Numbered from the stretch's first letter, positions 32,115 through 42,263 are shown. The stretch: DNA of 64,000 nucleotides from Nitrosopumilus sp. (GCA_965249555.1 OZ252243.1:512001-576000); one strand, 5' to 3'. Program-made: numbers and translations. The notes: a model not told the origin generated them from the letters alone.

Positions 32115-32186
32115 TCTAATAATGAAATTTAAAATGCTAATTTGTTAATTAGAATATTTATTAGCTATTACACTGTAGTTGGTTGC

Positions 32187-32480
32187 ATGAGTTGGGATTT
32201 TGAAACTAAAAGCCAAGTGTGGGCAAGAGGAACAGCAGTGGGTAATAACGATCCTAATGATTTTAGAAAAGATCGATGTGGTGCTTGGGTAAAATGGTCA
32301 AAATATGGTGATAGAGGTTCACCAACAAATTTTGGATGGGAAATTGACCATATAGATCCAAATGATGGAAATGAATTAGCAAACCTTCAACCATTACAAT
32401 GGAAAAATAATGTAGACAAAAGTGATGGTAGGCTAAAGTGTAATGTAACTTCGTTAGGATTAAAGAATGTTGAACAGTGA
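32187..32480 (+). CDS. HNH endonuclease
   Basis: RKDRCGAW...GWEIDHIDP.....LANLQPLQWKNNVDKSD; ATG at 32187. Confidence 0.85.
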   Translation: MSWDFETKSQVWARGTAVGNNDPNDFRKDRCGAWVKWSKYGDRGSPTNFGWEIDHIDPNDGNELANLQPLQWKNNVDKSDGRLKCNVTSLGLKNVEQ

Positions 32481-32607
32481 TTAAGAGTCATGAATAAACT
32501 GCCTAGAGAGAATTAATCATATTTTGAAACTTGATACAATACCGTCTCAAATCTTCTAGAATTTGAGTGTCCTAAACTAAAACTTCAATACCACACTTCC
32601 ATGTGTG

Positions 32608-32637
32608 GCCAACTTTCACTAAACAATTTTTGGCGTG
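32608..32637. repeat. 30-bp direct repeat, left of the DM13 gene
   Basis: GCCAACTTTCACTAAACAATTTTTGGCGTG. Confidence 0.85.
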
Positions 32638-32703
32638 TGATCCATGAATGTTTGTTCTTTCAATTGGAAAAATACATATTAGTAATTCCACAATTTTATT
32701 TTC

Positions 32704-33315
32704 GTGAATAAAGGAGTAATAATTGGTGTAATTGTAGTAGTTGCTGTAATAGGTGGAATTTTAGCTGGTCCATTATTTTATGAAACAGAGATTGATGAGC
32801 CTTTACCTATGGCCCTTGACAAAATTGAAGAAGGTTTGACGTTGGAAAAGTTTTCAAACATGGATGATCAGAATCGTCAGATCCTAGTAGAAAAGATACC
32901 TGAAAAAGTAAAAGATATGATTATGGAAGAGTCTGCAACTATGTCTACAAGCATGTCTGAGGATATGGGCGATATGATGGATGAGAAATCTGCAGAGAGT
33001 GCAATTGAAATTGTAAAAACTGGAGAATTTATGGGGCTTGCAGGTCATAGTGCTCAAGGCACCGCCAAAATTATTCAAGTAAATGATATGACTTTCCTTA
33101 GATTTGAAAACTTTGAGGTAACAAACGGACCAGATCTTCGGGTGTACTTGACTCAAGATGGAAATGTAAAAGAAGGTATTCATTTAGAGAAATTAAAAGG
33201 CAGTAAAGGAGATCAAAATTATCTTTTAGAAAACATTGATATCGGAGTTTATGATCGCGTAGTGATCTATTGCCAGCCATTTGGTGTGTACTTTGGTGAA
33301 GCTACTCTGAATTGA
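32704..33315 (+). CDS. Membrane-anchored DM13-domain protein
   Basis: N-terminal TM; GHSAQGTA, LRFENFEVTNGPDLRVYL, LKGSKGDQNY, VVIYCQPFGVYFG. Confidence 0.9.
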   Translation: MNKGVIIGVIVVVAVIGGILAGPLFYETEIDEPLPMALDKIEEGLTLEKFSNMDDQNRQILVEKIPEKVKDMIMEESATMSTSMSEDMGDMMDEKSAESAIEIVKTGEFMGLAGHSAQGTAKIIQVNDMTFLRFENFEVTNGPDLRVYLTQDGNVKEGIHLEKLKGSKGDQNYLLENIDIGVYDRVVIYCQPFGVYFGEATLN

Positions 33316-33358
33316 TTATTTTCTCTGTAAAATTATCAAAATAATGTTTTCACGTATA

Positions 33359-33388
33359 GCCAACTTTCACTCAACAATTTTTGGCGTG
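33359..33388. repeat. 30-bp direct repeat, right of the DM13 gene
   Basis: GCCAACTTTCACTCAACAATTTTTGGCGTG (1 mismatch to 32608-32637). Confidence 0.85.
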
Positions 33389-33531
33389 CAAACCAACAGC
33401 TGCATAACAAGTGGTTAACTATAATTCAAAATGCCTCATTAAGTAAGGGTTCAGAATAGGTTTTAAAAGGAATTTCATATCAAATAAAATTTTCCCATGA
33501 TATTTATATAGAAATTTCTTGATCAAAAAAC

Positions 33532-33669
33532 ATGTCTCTGGAATTGATTCCAAAATCTGAACTTCCCGAATGGGGAGAAGAAGATGAGAAACTTAAAAAT
33601 GAATTTGAGGTACGAATGAGATCAGGCAGATTACATCTCGTAAGTGCTGAAAACCCAGAGAATTTTTAG
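33532..33669 (+). CDS. 45-aa putative antitoxin
   Basis: MSLELIPKSELPEWGEEDEKLKNEFEVRMRSGRLHLVSAENPENF; TTTATATA about 25 nt upstream. Confidence 0.5.
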   Translation: MSLELIPKSELPEWGEEDEKLKNEFEVRMRSGRLHLVSAENPENF

Positions 33670-33766
33670 AAAGGAAAAATGAATCACGAGTGATAGTGAA
33701 TACAAATTAGCAAATGGATTCACTCTCTTTTATGATTCAGGTAAGGTCATACCATGGTTAGATAGT

Positions 33767-33964
33767 ATGGATCCTACTCTAAGTGCAAAAATCAAACAGT
33801 TCATTTGGAATAAAGCATTTGAACATTCATTAGTTGATTTCAGACCATGTGGAAAAAATGAAGAATATCGTTTTTTCATAATCAAAAGTCCGTCAATAAA
33901 AGTTTCATATCGAGATTTTGGAACTTACTGGATTGTGTATTCTATTACACCCTATTCTAAATGA
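33767..33964 (+). CDS. Putative RelE-like toxin (frame open upstream to ~33683)
   Basis: Follows a small acidic ORF; helix then beta-strands (IKVSYRD..YWIVYSI). Confidence 0.4.
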   Translation: MDPTLSAKIKQFIWNKAFEHSLVDFRPCGKNEEYRFFIIKSPSIKVSYRDFGTYWIVYSITPYSK

Positions 33965-35012
33965 CTTACTAGCTTAACTCTATGTGATTAATTGGGATTT
34001 GCAAAGTCAAGATTTGAACTTGTAGATAATGTGATTGTGAAAAATAATGATTATTTTACTCTGCTTCCCATAAACTCAATGTTGTAATATTTGTTATTTT
34101 TCTTTGGATTGTAACTAATACCATATGTGTCAGCCAAAATATCGTAAATATCCTCTCTAAAACTCCTATATGCAATCTCTCCAGATTTCCGTCTTCTAAT
34201 TCTGTCTCCAAACTTGCGTCTGGATTTAGCAAGTTTTTCTATTTGCTCCATTGTAAGTTTCAAACTAAAATCTATTACTAGATTATAGCTAATCACTTGT
34301 TTGTCATTTTTTAGTGCATAACGAGTATGATTAATAATTTTTACACTTTTAGGTAATTTCTCATTTATTTCATCAATGATATTCATTATCTCAAATGATT
34401 TTCCAACATATTCTGCAGGTGAAATTGTATATGCAGAGTATTTTATCATAAAATCATAATATTCTCCTTTAGGTTTTTTTGCAAGTTCTTCAAAAATATC
34501 TAAATGATCTAAAATATATCTACGAAAGTCATCTTTGTTTCCTAATTCAATAATTTTGTTTTCTAAATGTTCTAAAAATGCACCATCCCATAAGAAACAA
34601 TTATGTTTTTTAAGATTTTCTCTAATTCCTTGATTGCGTCCATCATCTTTTGCAGTCATTACAAGAATTCCAATTACATCTTTGTTCTGTCTTTTTCTAT
34701 AATCATCTAACTGGCCAGTTAAAGTATACATTATTTTTTCTGACATTTTCAAATCAGCGTAATCTTTACATTCGATAAAAATTTCGATGTTTGGATCACG
34801 TGCCAGAACATCAATTCTGAATTTATCATTTGTACTGTCATTAAAAACAAAAGAAACTTCTCTGTCTACATCAAAACCTGCAAATTTCAAAATATGTGAA
34901 GTTGAAGTTTCTAACCATTCTCCACTCTTTTTTTGATCACCAATATGTGTGCCTTGAGAAATTTCTGCTTCTGGAGGAGTAGTACTTTGTTTGTATTCTT
35001 CTTTAATTATTT

Positions 35013-36387
35013 GAGGCTTGGGCATAATGATTTACAAAAAAACCAAGACTTTTCTCTAACAGCAAAGCATTCTTTTCACAGTCCTTGGATTTTCACTTTT
35101 AATTACACAGACGTTATACGAAATCTTTTTCATATCTTGTGATGTATACCTACTGTTGGGCCTGAGAGTTGAATGGATACTGCCATGTACAAGGGCGTTT
35201 AACAGACTAACTCAAAGTAAGCGGAAAACAAAATACCACATAGATGAGACATGAGCATAATCCATTCTAATTTTTAACCGATTTCTCAAATTATTCAAAT
35301 AGAAAAAGCCAAGGATCTCATTATGTTTTGTTCATTGGAATGATTACAAAACAAATAAAAATCCCTGACAAGATTCTATGTGAGTCATTTCTTATTAGTA
35401 TTTTGTATCTGGTTGGAACACTATATCTGTATGAGAATGCAGTGAGACGAGGACGGCCATATGTCTATTCAACTGTTCTGATGGTTCAGTTATTCATCGT
35501 AAAGTCATGGATGAGAATTCCAAGTAACAACACACTGCATTATTTTCTCTCAATCAAATGTGCCAATGACAAATTACTCAAGGTTTGCAGATTAAACCAA
35601 ATCCCTGACAGAAGGACAATTGACAGAAGATTTCAATGCTTGCCAATCAATGAAATTATTAGCACTGTAGGAAATTTGTTTGTCTCAGAAGGATTGGTGA
35701 ATAGTGAATCAGCATCAGTTGATAGTTCAATGCTAAAAGCTTCAGGTCCAGTATGGCACAAATCAGACATCAAAAAGAATCACCTACCAATTGCAGGAAT
35801 TGACACAAATGCCAAGTGGGGATTCTCCAAATCAAAGGGTTGGGTGTATGGATACAAACTACACATGAGTTGCAGTACGGGAAGACTGGTTGTTCCATTA
35901 TCTGCATGTGTAACTACTGCAAATGTCCATGATAGCAAGCCATATGAGAAATTGATTGGGTCACTTTCTGGATTGATGAATAACATACTGTGTGATCCGG
36001 CATATGATGATTCCAAACTATACGAGTCAACTAAGAATAATGCCATGAGATTAATCTGTCCGGTCAAAAAATACCCGTCTACGCCGCCAGCCAGAATAAA
36101 GTTGATAGGGTTTTACAATTCAGCAGTTGGTCGGAAATTATATTCTCAGAGAAAAATATCAATTGAACCACTCTTTGAAATAATCAAGGATACGTTTAAC
36201 ATTAGAACAGTTCCGGTGAAAGGATTTGAGAACGTACAATCATTCGTGCTGATTTGTGTGCTGGTGTATCAGTTGGCAGTGTATTATAATTGTGTAATTG
36301 GAAGTGGGAATCCAAGGATTGTGAAAAGAATGCTTTGTTGTTAGAGAAAAGTCTTGGTTTTTTTGTAAATCATTATGCCCAAGTCTC
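35013..36387 (+). mobile_element. Composite IS5/IS982-like transposon (core IS 35246-36387 plus an extra inverted right end)
   Basis: 8-bp target duplication AATTATTT (35005-35012, 36388-36395); ~97-bp outer inverted repeats; internal left end GAGACATGAGCATAAT at 35246. Confidence 0.85.
35328..36344 (+). CDS. DDE transposase (DDE_Tnp_1 type)
   Basis: SVDSS, GYKLH, TTANVHDS, CDPAYD, RKISIEPLF. Confidence 0.88.
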   Translation: MFIGMITKQIKIPDKILCESFLISILYLVGTLYLYENAVRRGRPYVYSTVLMVQLFIVKSWMRIPSNNTLHYFLSIKCANDKLLKVCRLNQIPDRRTIDRRFQCLPINEIISTVGNLFVSEGLVNSESASVDSSMLKASGPVWHKSDIKKNHLPIAGIDTNAKWGFSKSKGWVYGYKLHMSCSTGRLVVPLSACVTTANVHDSKPYEKLIGSLSGLMNNILCDPAYDDSKLYESTKNNAMRLICPVKKYPSTPPARIKLIGFYNSAVGRKLYSQRKISIEPLFEIIKDTFNIRTVPVKGFENVQSFVLICVLVYQLAVYYNCVIGSGNPRIVKRMLCC

Positions 36388-36765
36388 AATTATTTGAGTA
36401 GTATCTTCTAAAACAGAAATTTTTGATTCAATAATTGGTGTGCCACATCCAGTACAAAATCTATCTTCATGACCTGATTGTTTTCCACAACCTCTACAAA
36501 AACCCATATTGTTTTCATAAGTTACTTGCAAATAAAGCCGATCATGTTATTTTGTATGATAAACATTGAGAACATAGTTTGTCAGGTTGTAAAATTTACA
36601 AATCTGCCAAGATTTGGCCATTAAATCTCTAAAGGGAAATTGTCTGATGGGTCAGATGTTGATAAGATATGGGATAAATCAAATGAGGATTAGACATGTT
36701 TATTCGTTAAACTATGATTGCTTATAGACCATGTTCAAATCTGAGTGCGTACAATATTTCTCCTT

Positions 36766-37386
36766 TTAGTACTGTTTTATAGAATCTTTATTTTCATCAA
36801 TATATGCAGCAATCATTTCTTCTACTTGTGATGTATCTGGCCGATATGCTACAGTTTCATCTAGTTCAGGTTTCACCATATTTTTAATAATTATTTTTGC
36901 TTCTTTATAATCTCCCATCCATGCATAAATATCTGCTTGAGTTTTAGCTCTTTCAATAACTCCTTGCATTTTTGTTTTACTAGAAACCCATGTTGTTTTT
37001 AATTCAATTAAAATACCATCTTCTACACCATCTACATTCCCAGAAACAAAATAATCGATCCCCTCATAATTGAATTTCTTTGGAGGTAGCCAAATTTCAT
37101 TGAATTCACTTTGACCGTGATAGTACTGACCAAATTTCAAATTTAATTTAGATTCTATCATAGTATCAAGTTCTCCAATTGTTAAATCACCTACCTTCGA
37201 TTCAGGATCTATCTTTTCAAATGTTTTATCAAAGTGAAAAAAACTTGCTACCGAAGCAACCCATACTTTCAAATGTTTTTTATGTTCAGTATCGTCTAGA
37301 TTATAGTTTGTAAATGAAAAATCTTGATTTTTTATTTTTTTAATTCGTTGCTTACAACAGTCACAATCAAGTATCCAATCTCCCAC
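36766..37386 (-). CDS. Stand-alone Cas4/RecB-like PD-(D/E)XK nuclease
   Basis: SGNVDGV...LIELKTT...TQADIYAW (QxxxY). Confidence 0.75.
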   Translation of the reverse strand: MGDWILDCDCCKQRIKKIKNQDFSFTNYNLDDTEHKKHLKVWVASVASFFHFDKTFEKIDPESKVGDLTIGELDTMIESKLNLKFGQYYHGQSEFNEIWLPPKKFNYEGIDYFVSGNVDGVEDGILIELKTTWVSSKTKMQGVIERAKTQADIYAWMGDYKEAKIIIKNMVKPELDETVAYRPDTSQVEEMIAAYIDENKDSIKQY

Positions 37387-37674
37387 ATAATATGAAATTC
37401 ACATAACTATTTAGACTTTATTTGAAAATTCACTGAAGATATGCTCTGCACTTCGTATTATGTTAATCAAAGTTTTATTCTATCATTATTTAAGAAATAA
37501 GTTAATTAATTCAAAAATACATTCAACTTGTGATGTCTACAATAAAAACGCCTACAATAACAATTTTTACCGGAATAAGCGGAATTGATAAAAAAGATTT
37601 TCTCAAGAGATTGATCAAAAAATCTAAAATGGAGGGAAAAGTTTTGTTATTGAATGTTGAAGATGAGTTGATCA

Positions 37675-38433
37675 ATGAAGAACATGCATCTTGCAGGAAA
37701 AGCATTTGATTCTATGAAAATTAATTCAGAAAAATTTGGAACATTTGAACCTGATGAAAAAGACCGAGCTACTATTCGTATGGCTGCATTATTGCATGAT
37801 GTAGGACATGCACCTTTTTCTCATTCACTTGAATCTCTTTTAGAGAATTCACATGAAAAATACTCCCAAGCATTAATTGATTATTATTTTAAAGACCATA
37901 TCGAGGCTGCTGGAGTAAAAATTGATGATGTACGTGATTTAATCATTGGGGCTTACCGTAAATCTTACCTAAGTAAAATTGTAAGCGGACAACTAGATGT
38001 TGATAGGCTTGATTATTTGCTTCGTGACTCTCATTATGCCGGTGTAACATATGGACTATATGATTTGGGACGAATAATTGATCAATTGGCAATTGTACAT
38101 AACAAATTTGTTGTATTGGAGGGAGGCTATGAGGCAGTAGAACAGCTAATCTTTGCAAGATATCAAATGTATCAACAGGTATACTTTCACAAAACAAAAA
38201 GAGCTTTTGAGCTTATGCTTTGGAAATGCGGAGAAATCCTAAAGAACAAATCTCTTTTGAAAATTCCAGGACTAAGAGATTTGGGAACAGAACAAGGACA
38301 AGAAGAATATTTGAAATGTGATGACATATGGTTTCTAAATACAATTCATGATGAAAATAATCCTCCAAAAGTAAAGGTAATTGCTGATATGATCAAAACA
38401 CGAAGATCATATCATGAAACATGCTTCTCCTAG
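37675..38433 (+). pseudogene. HD-domain dNTP triphosphohydrolase-like fragment
   Basis: ALLHDVGHAPFSH, LDVDRLDYLLRDS, MYQQVYFHK; lacks the N-terminal RFEHSLG region and a normal C-terminus. Confidence 0.75.
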
Positions 38434-38590
38434 TAGCAGCTTGTGAACAGTAATCCAGACAAATGCAATCTCTTTTCCATCTATTCTGTTATCTACAAGT
38501 CTTTTGATCAGTTCTGCCATCATTATGGTCTTGCCAGAGCCAGTAGGGGATTTGAGGACACAAATTTTATTTGATTCTAAATTGAGAAAC
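38430..38590 (-). pseudogene. Type III restriction (Res-like) helicase N-terminal fragment
   Basis: VLKSPTGSGKTIMMAELI...AFVWIT. Confidence 0.6.
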
Positions 38591-39646
38591 TCATCCAACA
38601 ATGTCGGTTCTGAGTTGACCACATGCAGCTGAGATCTCAGTACCTTTTTCCACACGAACAGTACAGTTTACCCCAGCATTAGATAAAATTCGTTCAAATT
38701 CATCAACATTGTCTTGTGTTGGGCGTTTAAAATCACCAGCAGTGGGATTGATGGGAATCAAATTTACATGAGAACCATTTCCTTTCAAAAGTTTAGCTAG
38801 TTCTGATGCAATTTCAGGTGAGTCATTAATTCCCGCCATAAGTGCATATTCAAAAGTCACACGACGTCCAGTTTTTTTGTAATACCTTTTACCTGCTTCA
38901 ATAATTTCTTCAACGGAATTTTGTGTTGCTGTAGGAACCAATTTTTTTCGTAGTTCATTGTTTGGAGAATGGAGTGATATTGCAAGACCAACTTGCAGAT
39001 TTTCTTCAGCCAGTTTATCTATTCCAGATGTAATACCTATAGTAGAAATGGTTATGTGTCGTTGACCAAGTCCAAAACCTCTATCATGTGTTAAAATTCG
39101 CACAGCACGAATCATCTCATCATAGTTTGCCATGGGTTCACCCATTCCCATAAAGACCAAGTTTGTTACATGTTCCCCTCGTTGCTGTAAAATACCTGCA
39201 AAATGAATTACTTGAGATACAATATGCTCAGCTTTGAGATTTGTTTCAAATCCCATTTGACCAGTTGCACAAAACACACATCCCATTGCACAACCAATTT
39301 GAGTTGAAACACAGATTGTTGATCTTGGATGACCACCAATTTTTGATGGAGTATATTGCATTAGAACAGTTTCTACAGAATTTTCATCAGTGAGATCAAG
39401 TAATAATTTAGTTACATCTCCATCATCGCTTACAACACGATGAACTTCTTTTGCTGAACCAATTGTGTATCCGGCTTCAATTAATTCTTCTCTTAATTTT
39501 TTTGGAAGTTGTGGTATATCATTGATATCTTTTGGAAATTTATAATAAAGTGGAAGTAAAATTTGGTCTGCTCGATATCTTGGATAACCCATATCAATTA
39601 CTAATTGTTCCATCTCTTCTGGAAGTAAATGATAAAGATCTGTCAT
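38591..39646 (-). CDS. rlmN: 23S rRNA/tRNA radical SAM methyltransferase RlmN
   Basis: CVSTQIGCAMGCVFCATG, FMGMGEP, AACGQL. Confidence 0.95.
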   Translation of the reverse strand: MTDLYHLLPEEMEQLVIDMGYPRYRADQILLPLYYKFPKDINDIPQLPKKLREELIEAGYTIGSAKEVHRVVSDDGDVTKLLLDLTDENSVETVLMQYTPSKIGGHPRSTICVSTQIGCAMGCVFCATGQMGFETNLKAEHIVSQVIHFAGILQQRGEHVTNLVFMGMGEPMANYDEMIRAVRILTHDRGFGLGQRHITISTIGITSGIDKLAEENLQVGLAISLHSPNNELRKKLVPTATQNSVEEIIEAGKRYYKKTGRRVTFEYALMAGINDSPEIASELAKLLKGNGSHVNLIPINPTAGDFKRPTQDNVDEFERILSNAGVNCTVRVEKGTEISAACGQLRTDIVG

Positions 39647-39739
39647 GATGTATAACAGATTCTCAAATATATTATAATTTAATTGATGATATCAGAAATA
39701 AAATAAATTTCAAAAAATTAGAAAGAGAAAAGAGAGTGA

Positions 39740-40972
39740 TTACTCTTCTGTTGGTTCTGAATCATCGGGTTTAGCGTCTGCTTTAGATTCTACAGTTTCT
39801 ACAGTTTCTACCGTAGTTTCAACTTCAGGTGTTTCTACCGTAGTTTCAACTTCAGGTGTTTCTACTGTAGTTTCAACTTCAGGTGTTTCTACTGTAGTTT
39901 CAACTTCAGGTGTTTCTACTGTAGTTTCAACTTCAGACTCTTTTGTCTTTTTGGTAGTTGTTTTTTTAGTAGCAACCTTTTTGGTAGTCTTTTTGGTCTT
40001 TTTCTCTGCGTCTTCAGGATCCATAACTCCTACTTCGCCTAGAGCAAAGATTACCTCCTCTTCAGGATGATGAGGGCTATCTACCATTCGAGCAATTCGT
40101 TTCTTACCTGATTTCTTAAAGTATATTCTGTAGGTACTTGTATGTGCAACTACATTTCCACCAATTGGACGAGTCGGATCACCAAAGAAGACATCAGGTG
40201 ATGCCATAACTTGATTGGTTGCAATTGCAGCACAATCGTATGTTTCAGCAATTCTTACCAATAAATGAACAAAGTGATTTAGTTTTTGTTGCCTTACTGA
40301 TAATGTTCCACGTCCTAGATATTCAGCACGGAACAAACCAACTGCAGAGTCTGCAATGATTAGTTTGATATTATTTTCTTCAATTACAGAACCAGATTCT
40401 TCTAGAATCAATGTTTGGTGTGCACTGTTATATGCACGAGCAACAATGATACGATCTAGAACTTTATCTGGATCCATTCCATGAGCTTTAGCAATAGTTA
40501 CAATTCTTTCAGGTCTGAAAGTATTTTCAGTATCAATGTACAAAACACTACCTTCAAGACCGCCTTCCTCTTTGGTTTTTTGAACCATTACAGACATTGT
40601 ATGAGCAAATTGTGTTTTACCACAACCAAATTCTCCATAAACTTCTGTCAAGGCTTGAGTTTCAATACCACCATCAAATAGTGTATCAAGGCAGTTTGTA
40701 CCAGTTGTAATTTTACCAATATTTTGTCGGCGTTTGTAAATTTCACTTGCACTAACAAAGTCTTTGGAAAGTAATCCTCCTTCAACTAAATGTTGTCGGG
40801 CTTTATTGACAATTTTTGCTGCAGTATCTTTATCCATTCCAGTTATTTCTGCAATTTCTACTGGACCTCTAACGATGAGATCCATAATGTTGTGGATGCC
40901 TGCATCGGACATTTTTCTTGTAGTTACAGGACCTACGCCCTCTAAACTATCTAATCTTAAATCTTCTACCAT
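39740..40972 (-). CDS. radA: DNA repair and recombination protein RadA
   Basis: GEFGCGKTQ, YIDTENTFRPER, GGNVVAHTST; C-terminal low-complexity tail. Confidence 0.97.
   Translation of the reverse strand: MVEDLRLDSLEGVGPVTTRKMSDAGIHNIMDLIVRGPVEIAEITGMDKDTAAKIVNKARQHLVEGGLLSKDFVSASEIYKRRQNIGKITTGTNCLDTLFDGGIETQALTEVYGEFGCGKTQFAHTMSVMVQKTKEEGGLEGSVLYIDTENTFRPERIVTIAKAHGMDPDKVLDRIIVARAYNSAHQTLILEESGSVIEENNIKLIIADSAVGLFRAEYLGRGTLSVRQQKLNHFVHLLVRIAETYDCAAIATNQVMASPDVFFGDPTRPIGGNVVAHTSTYRIYFKKSGKKRIARMVDSPHHPEEEVIFALGEVGVMDPEDAEKKTKKTTKKVATKKTTTKKTKESEVETTVETPEVETTVETPEVETTVETPEVETTVETPEVETTVETVETVESKADAKPDDSEPTEE
39804..39936. repeat. 27-bp tandem repeat x5 in the radA tail
   Basis: GTTTCTACYGTAGTTTCAACTTCAGGT units encoding ETTVETPEV-type repeats. 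Confidence 0.9.
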
Positions 40973-41093
40973 ACCGTATAGTACGGTACTATTACTTTAT
41001 AAGAGTATTGTTTAATGGTTCTGTGGCGTCTTAGGTGAATATTCTTGATATTTGGAGTGTTGAGTGTTAGTGGAAAGTTAGAACATTTTGTGC

Positions 41094-41435
41094 CTAATTA
41101 TGCCCATCAAAAGCCATTGAGGTAAATATCTTAAATTGACATTTGGTACACTGCCAAGATTTGAAATCAGGCTCATATTCAAAGTCAGTAGATACTTCAA
41201 GTAATACAATATCATCATTTGTAGGATTATTTTCTTCATCTTGAGAACAGTGCTGACAAATCAGACTAGAAATCTGTCGCTTTTTCTCTTCACCAAATTT
41301 TTTCTCTATTACATCAAGATAAGATCTAGCTATTGCTAAAGTATCAGCATTAATCTCGATATTTCCCATATTGGGTACAGTCAATCTTGCTAAAGCATCA
41401 ATATTATCTTGGGAGGAAACTTGGTTTTGCATCAC
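41094..41435 (-). CDS. Hypothetical zinc-finger protein
   Basis: CQHC...WQCTKC. Confidence 0.5.
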   Translation of the reverse strand: MMQNQVSSQDNIDALARLTVPNMGNIEINADTLAIARSYLDVIEKKFGEEKKRQISSLICQHCSQDEENNPTNDDIVLLEVSTDFEYEPDFKSWQCTKCQFKIFTSMAFDGHN

Positions 41436-42068
41436 AGTGTTTCTACCATCACTACCGTTTGCAGTTGTATTAAGTTCATTGGTATCTTACTGACTGTCAA
41501 TTCTGCCATTCACAGAATATCAAAAAACATGCAATTAGACATAATCAATCAGGTGATATTCAAAGATTCGTATGTACTGATTGTCATAAGACATTCTCAA
41601 TCAATTTAGGATTTGAAAAGATGAAGTCAAGCCCTGAAACAATTACTAACGCATTACAACTTTACTTTTCAGGTGAATCCCTAAGTATTCAGAAATTCTT
41701 GAAGCTTCAAGGGGTGACCGTAGACCATACTACAATCTACAAGTGGATTACAAAATATACTAAACTAATGAAATCACATCTTGACAAGATAACACCTCAA
41801 GTCGGTGACGCATGGAGAACTGACGAAGTCTACACAAAGATTCGGGGTGAAATGAAATACGTATTTTCACTTATGGATTCAGAGACTCGTTTTTGGATTG
41901 CACAGGAAGTCTTGGACAGAAAGGAAGGAGCTGATGCAAGTTCATTGTTTAGAATAGGAAAAGAAATTACAAAAATAAAACCTAAGGTGATAATCACTGA
42001 CGGTTTACATTCCTATTCAGAAGCTTATCGTAAGACCTTTTTCTAACTTCAAAAATTGAGTAATGAAG

Positions 42069-42263
42069 TTATGAGTGATTAGTAGCTTCCACAATTTCTG
42101 CTAGTCCATTCAAGTATGCTTTGCCCTCTAAAAGAGAACCTTCGAATGTGATGTCAGCAGAACCGTTTTCTAGATTTTGTTTGAATTTTTGAACTTCATC
42201 AACTTGTTCTTTAGTCAATACAATATTCTTGATTTGTGCTAATGCTTCCATGTTGTGAATCAA
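42069..42263 (-). CDS. Small putative antitoxin followed by a truncated RelE-like start
   Basis: Overlapping TTG at 42094 reads MWKLLITHNFITQFLKLEK before running into the transposase fragment. Confidence 0.45.
   Translation of the reverse strand: MIHNMEALAQIKNIVLTKEQVDEVQKFKQNLENGSADITFEGSLLEGKAYLNGLAEIVEATNHS

Larger units (their letters stand above)
34051..36507 (-). pseudogene. Zinc-ribbon + Mrr-like PD-(D/E)XK endonuclease, split by a transposon
   Basis: MGFCRGCG...FCTGCGTP (36507-36388) rejoins in frame to KEEYKQ...IDVLA...IECKD once the element and one AATTATTT are removed (357 aa). Confidence 0.85.

Noticed and set aside
36766-37386. CRISPR-Cas locus
   Set aside because: No array or other cas genes seen in the window.
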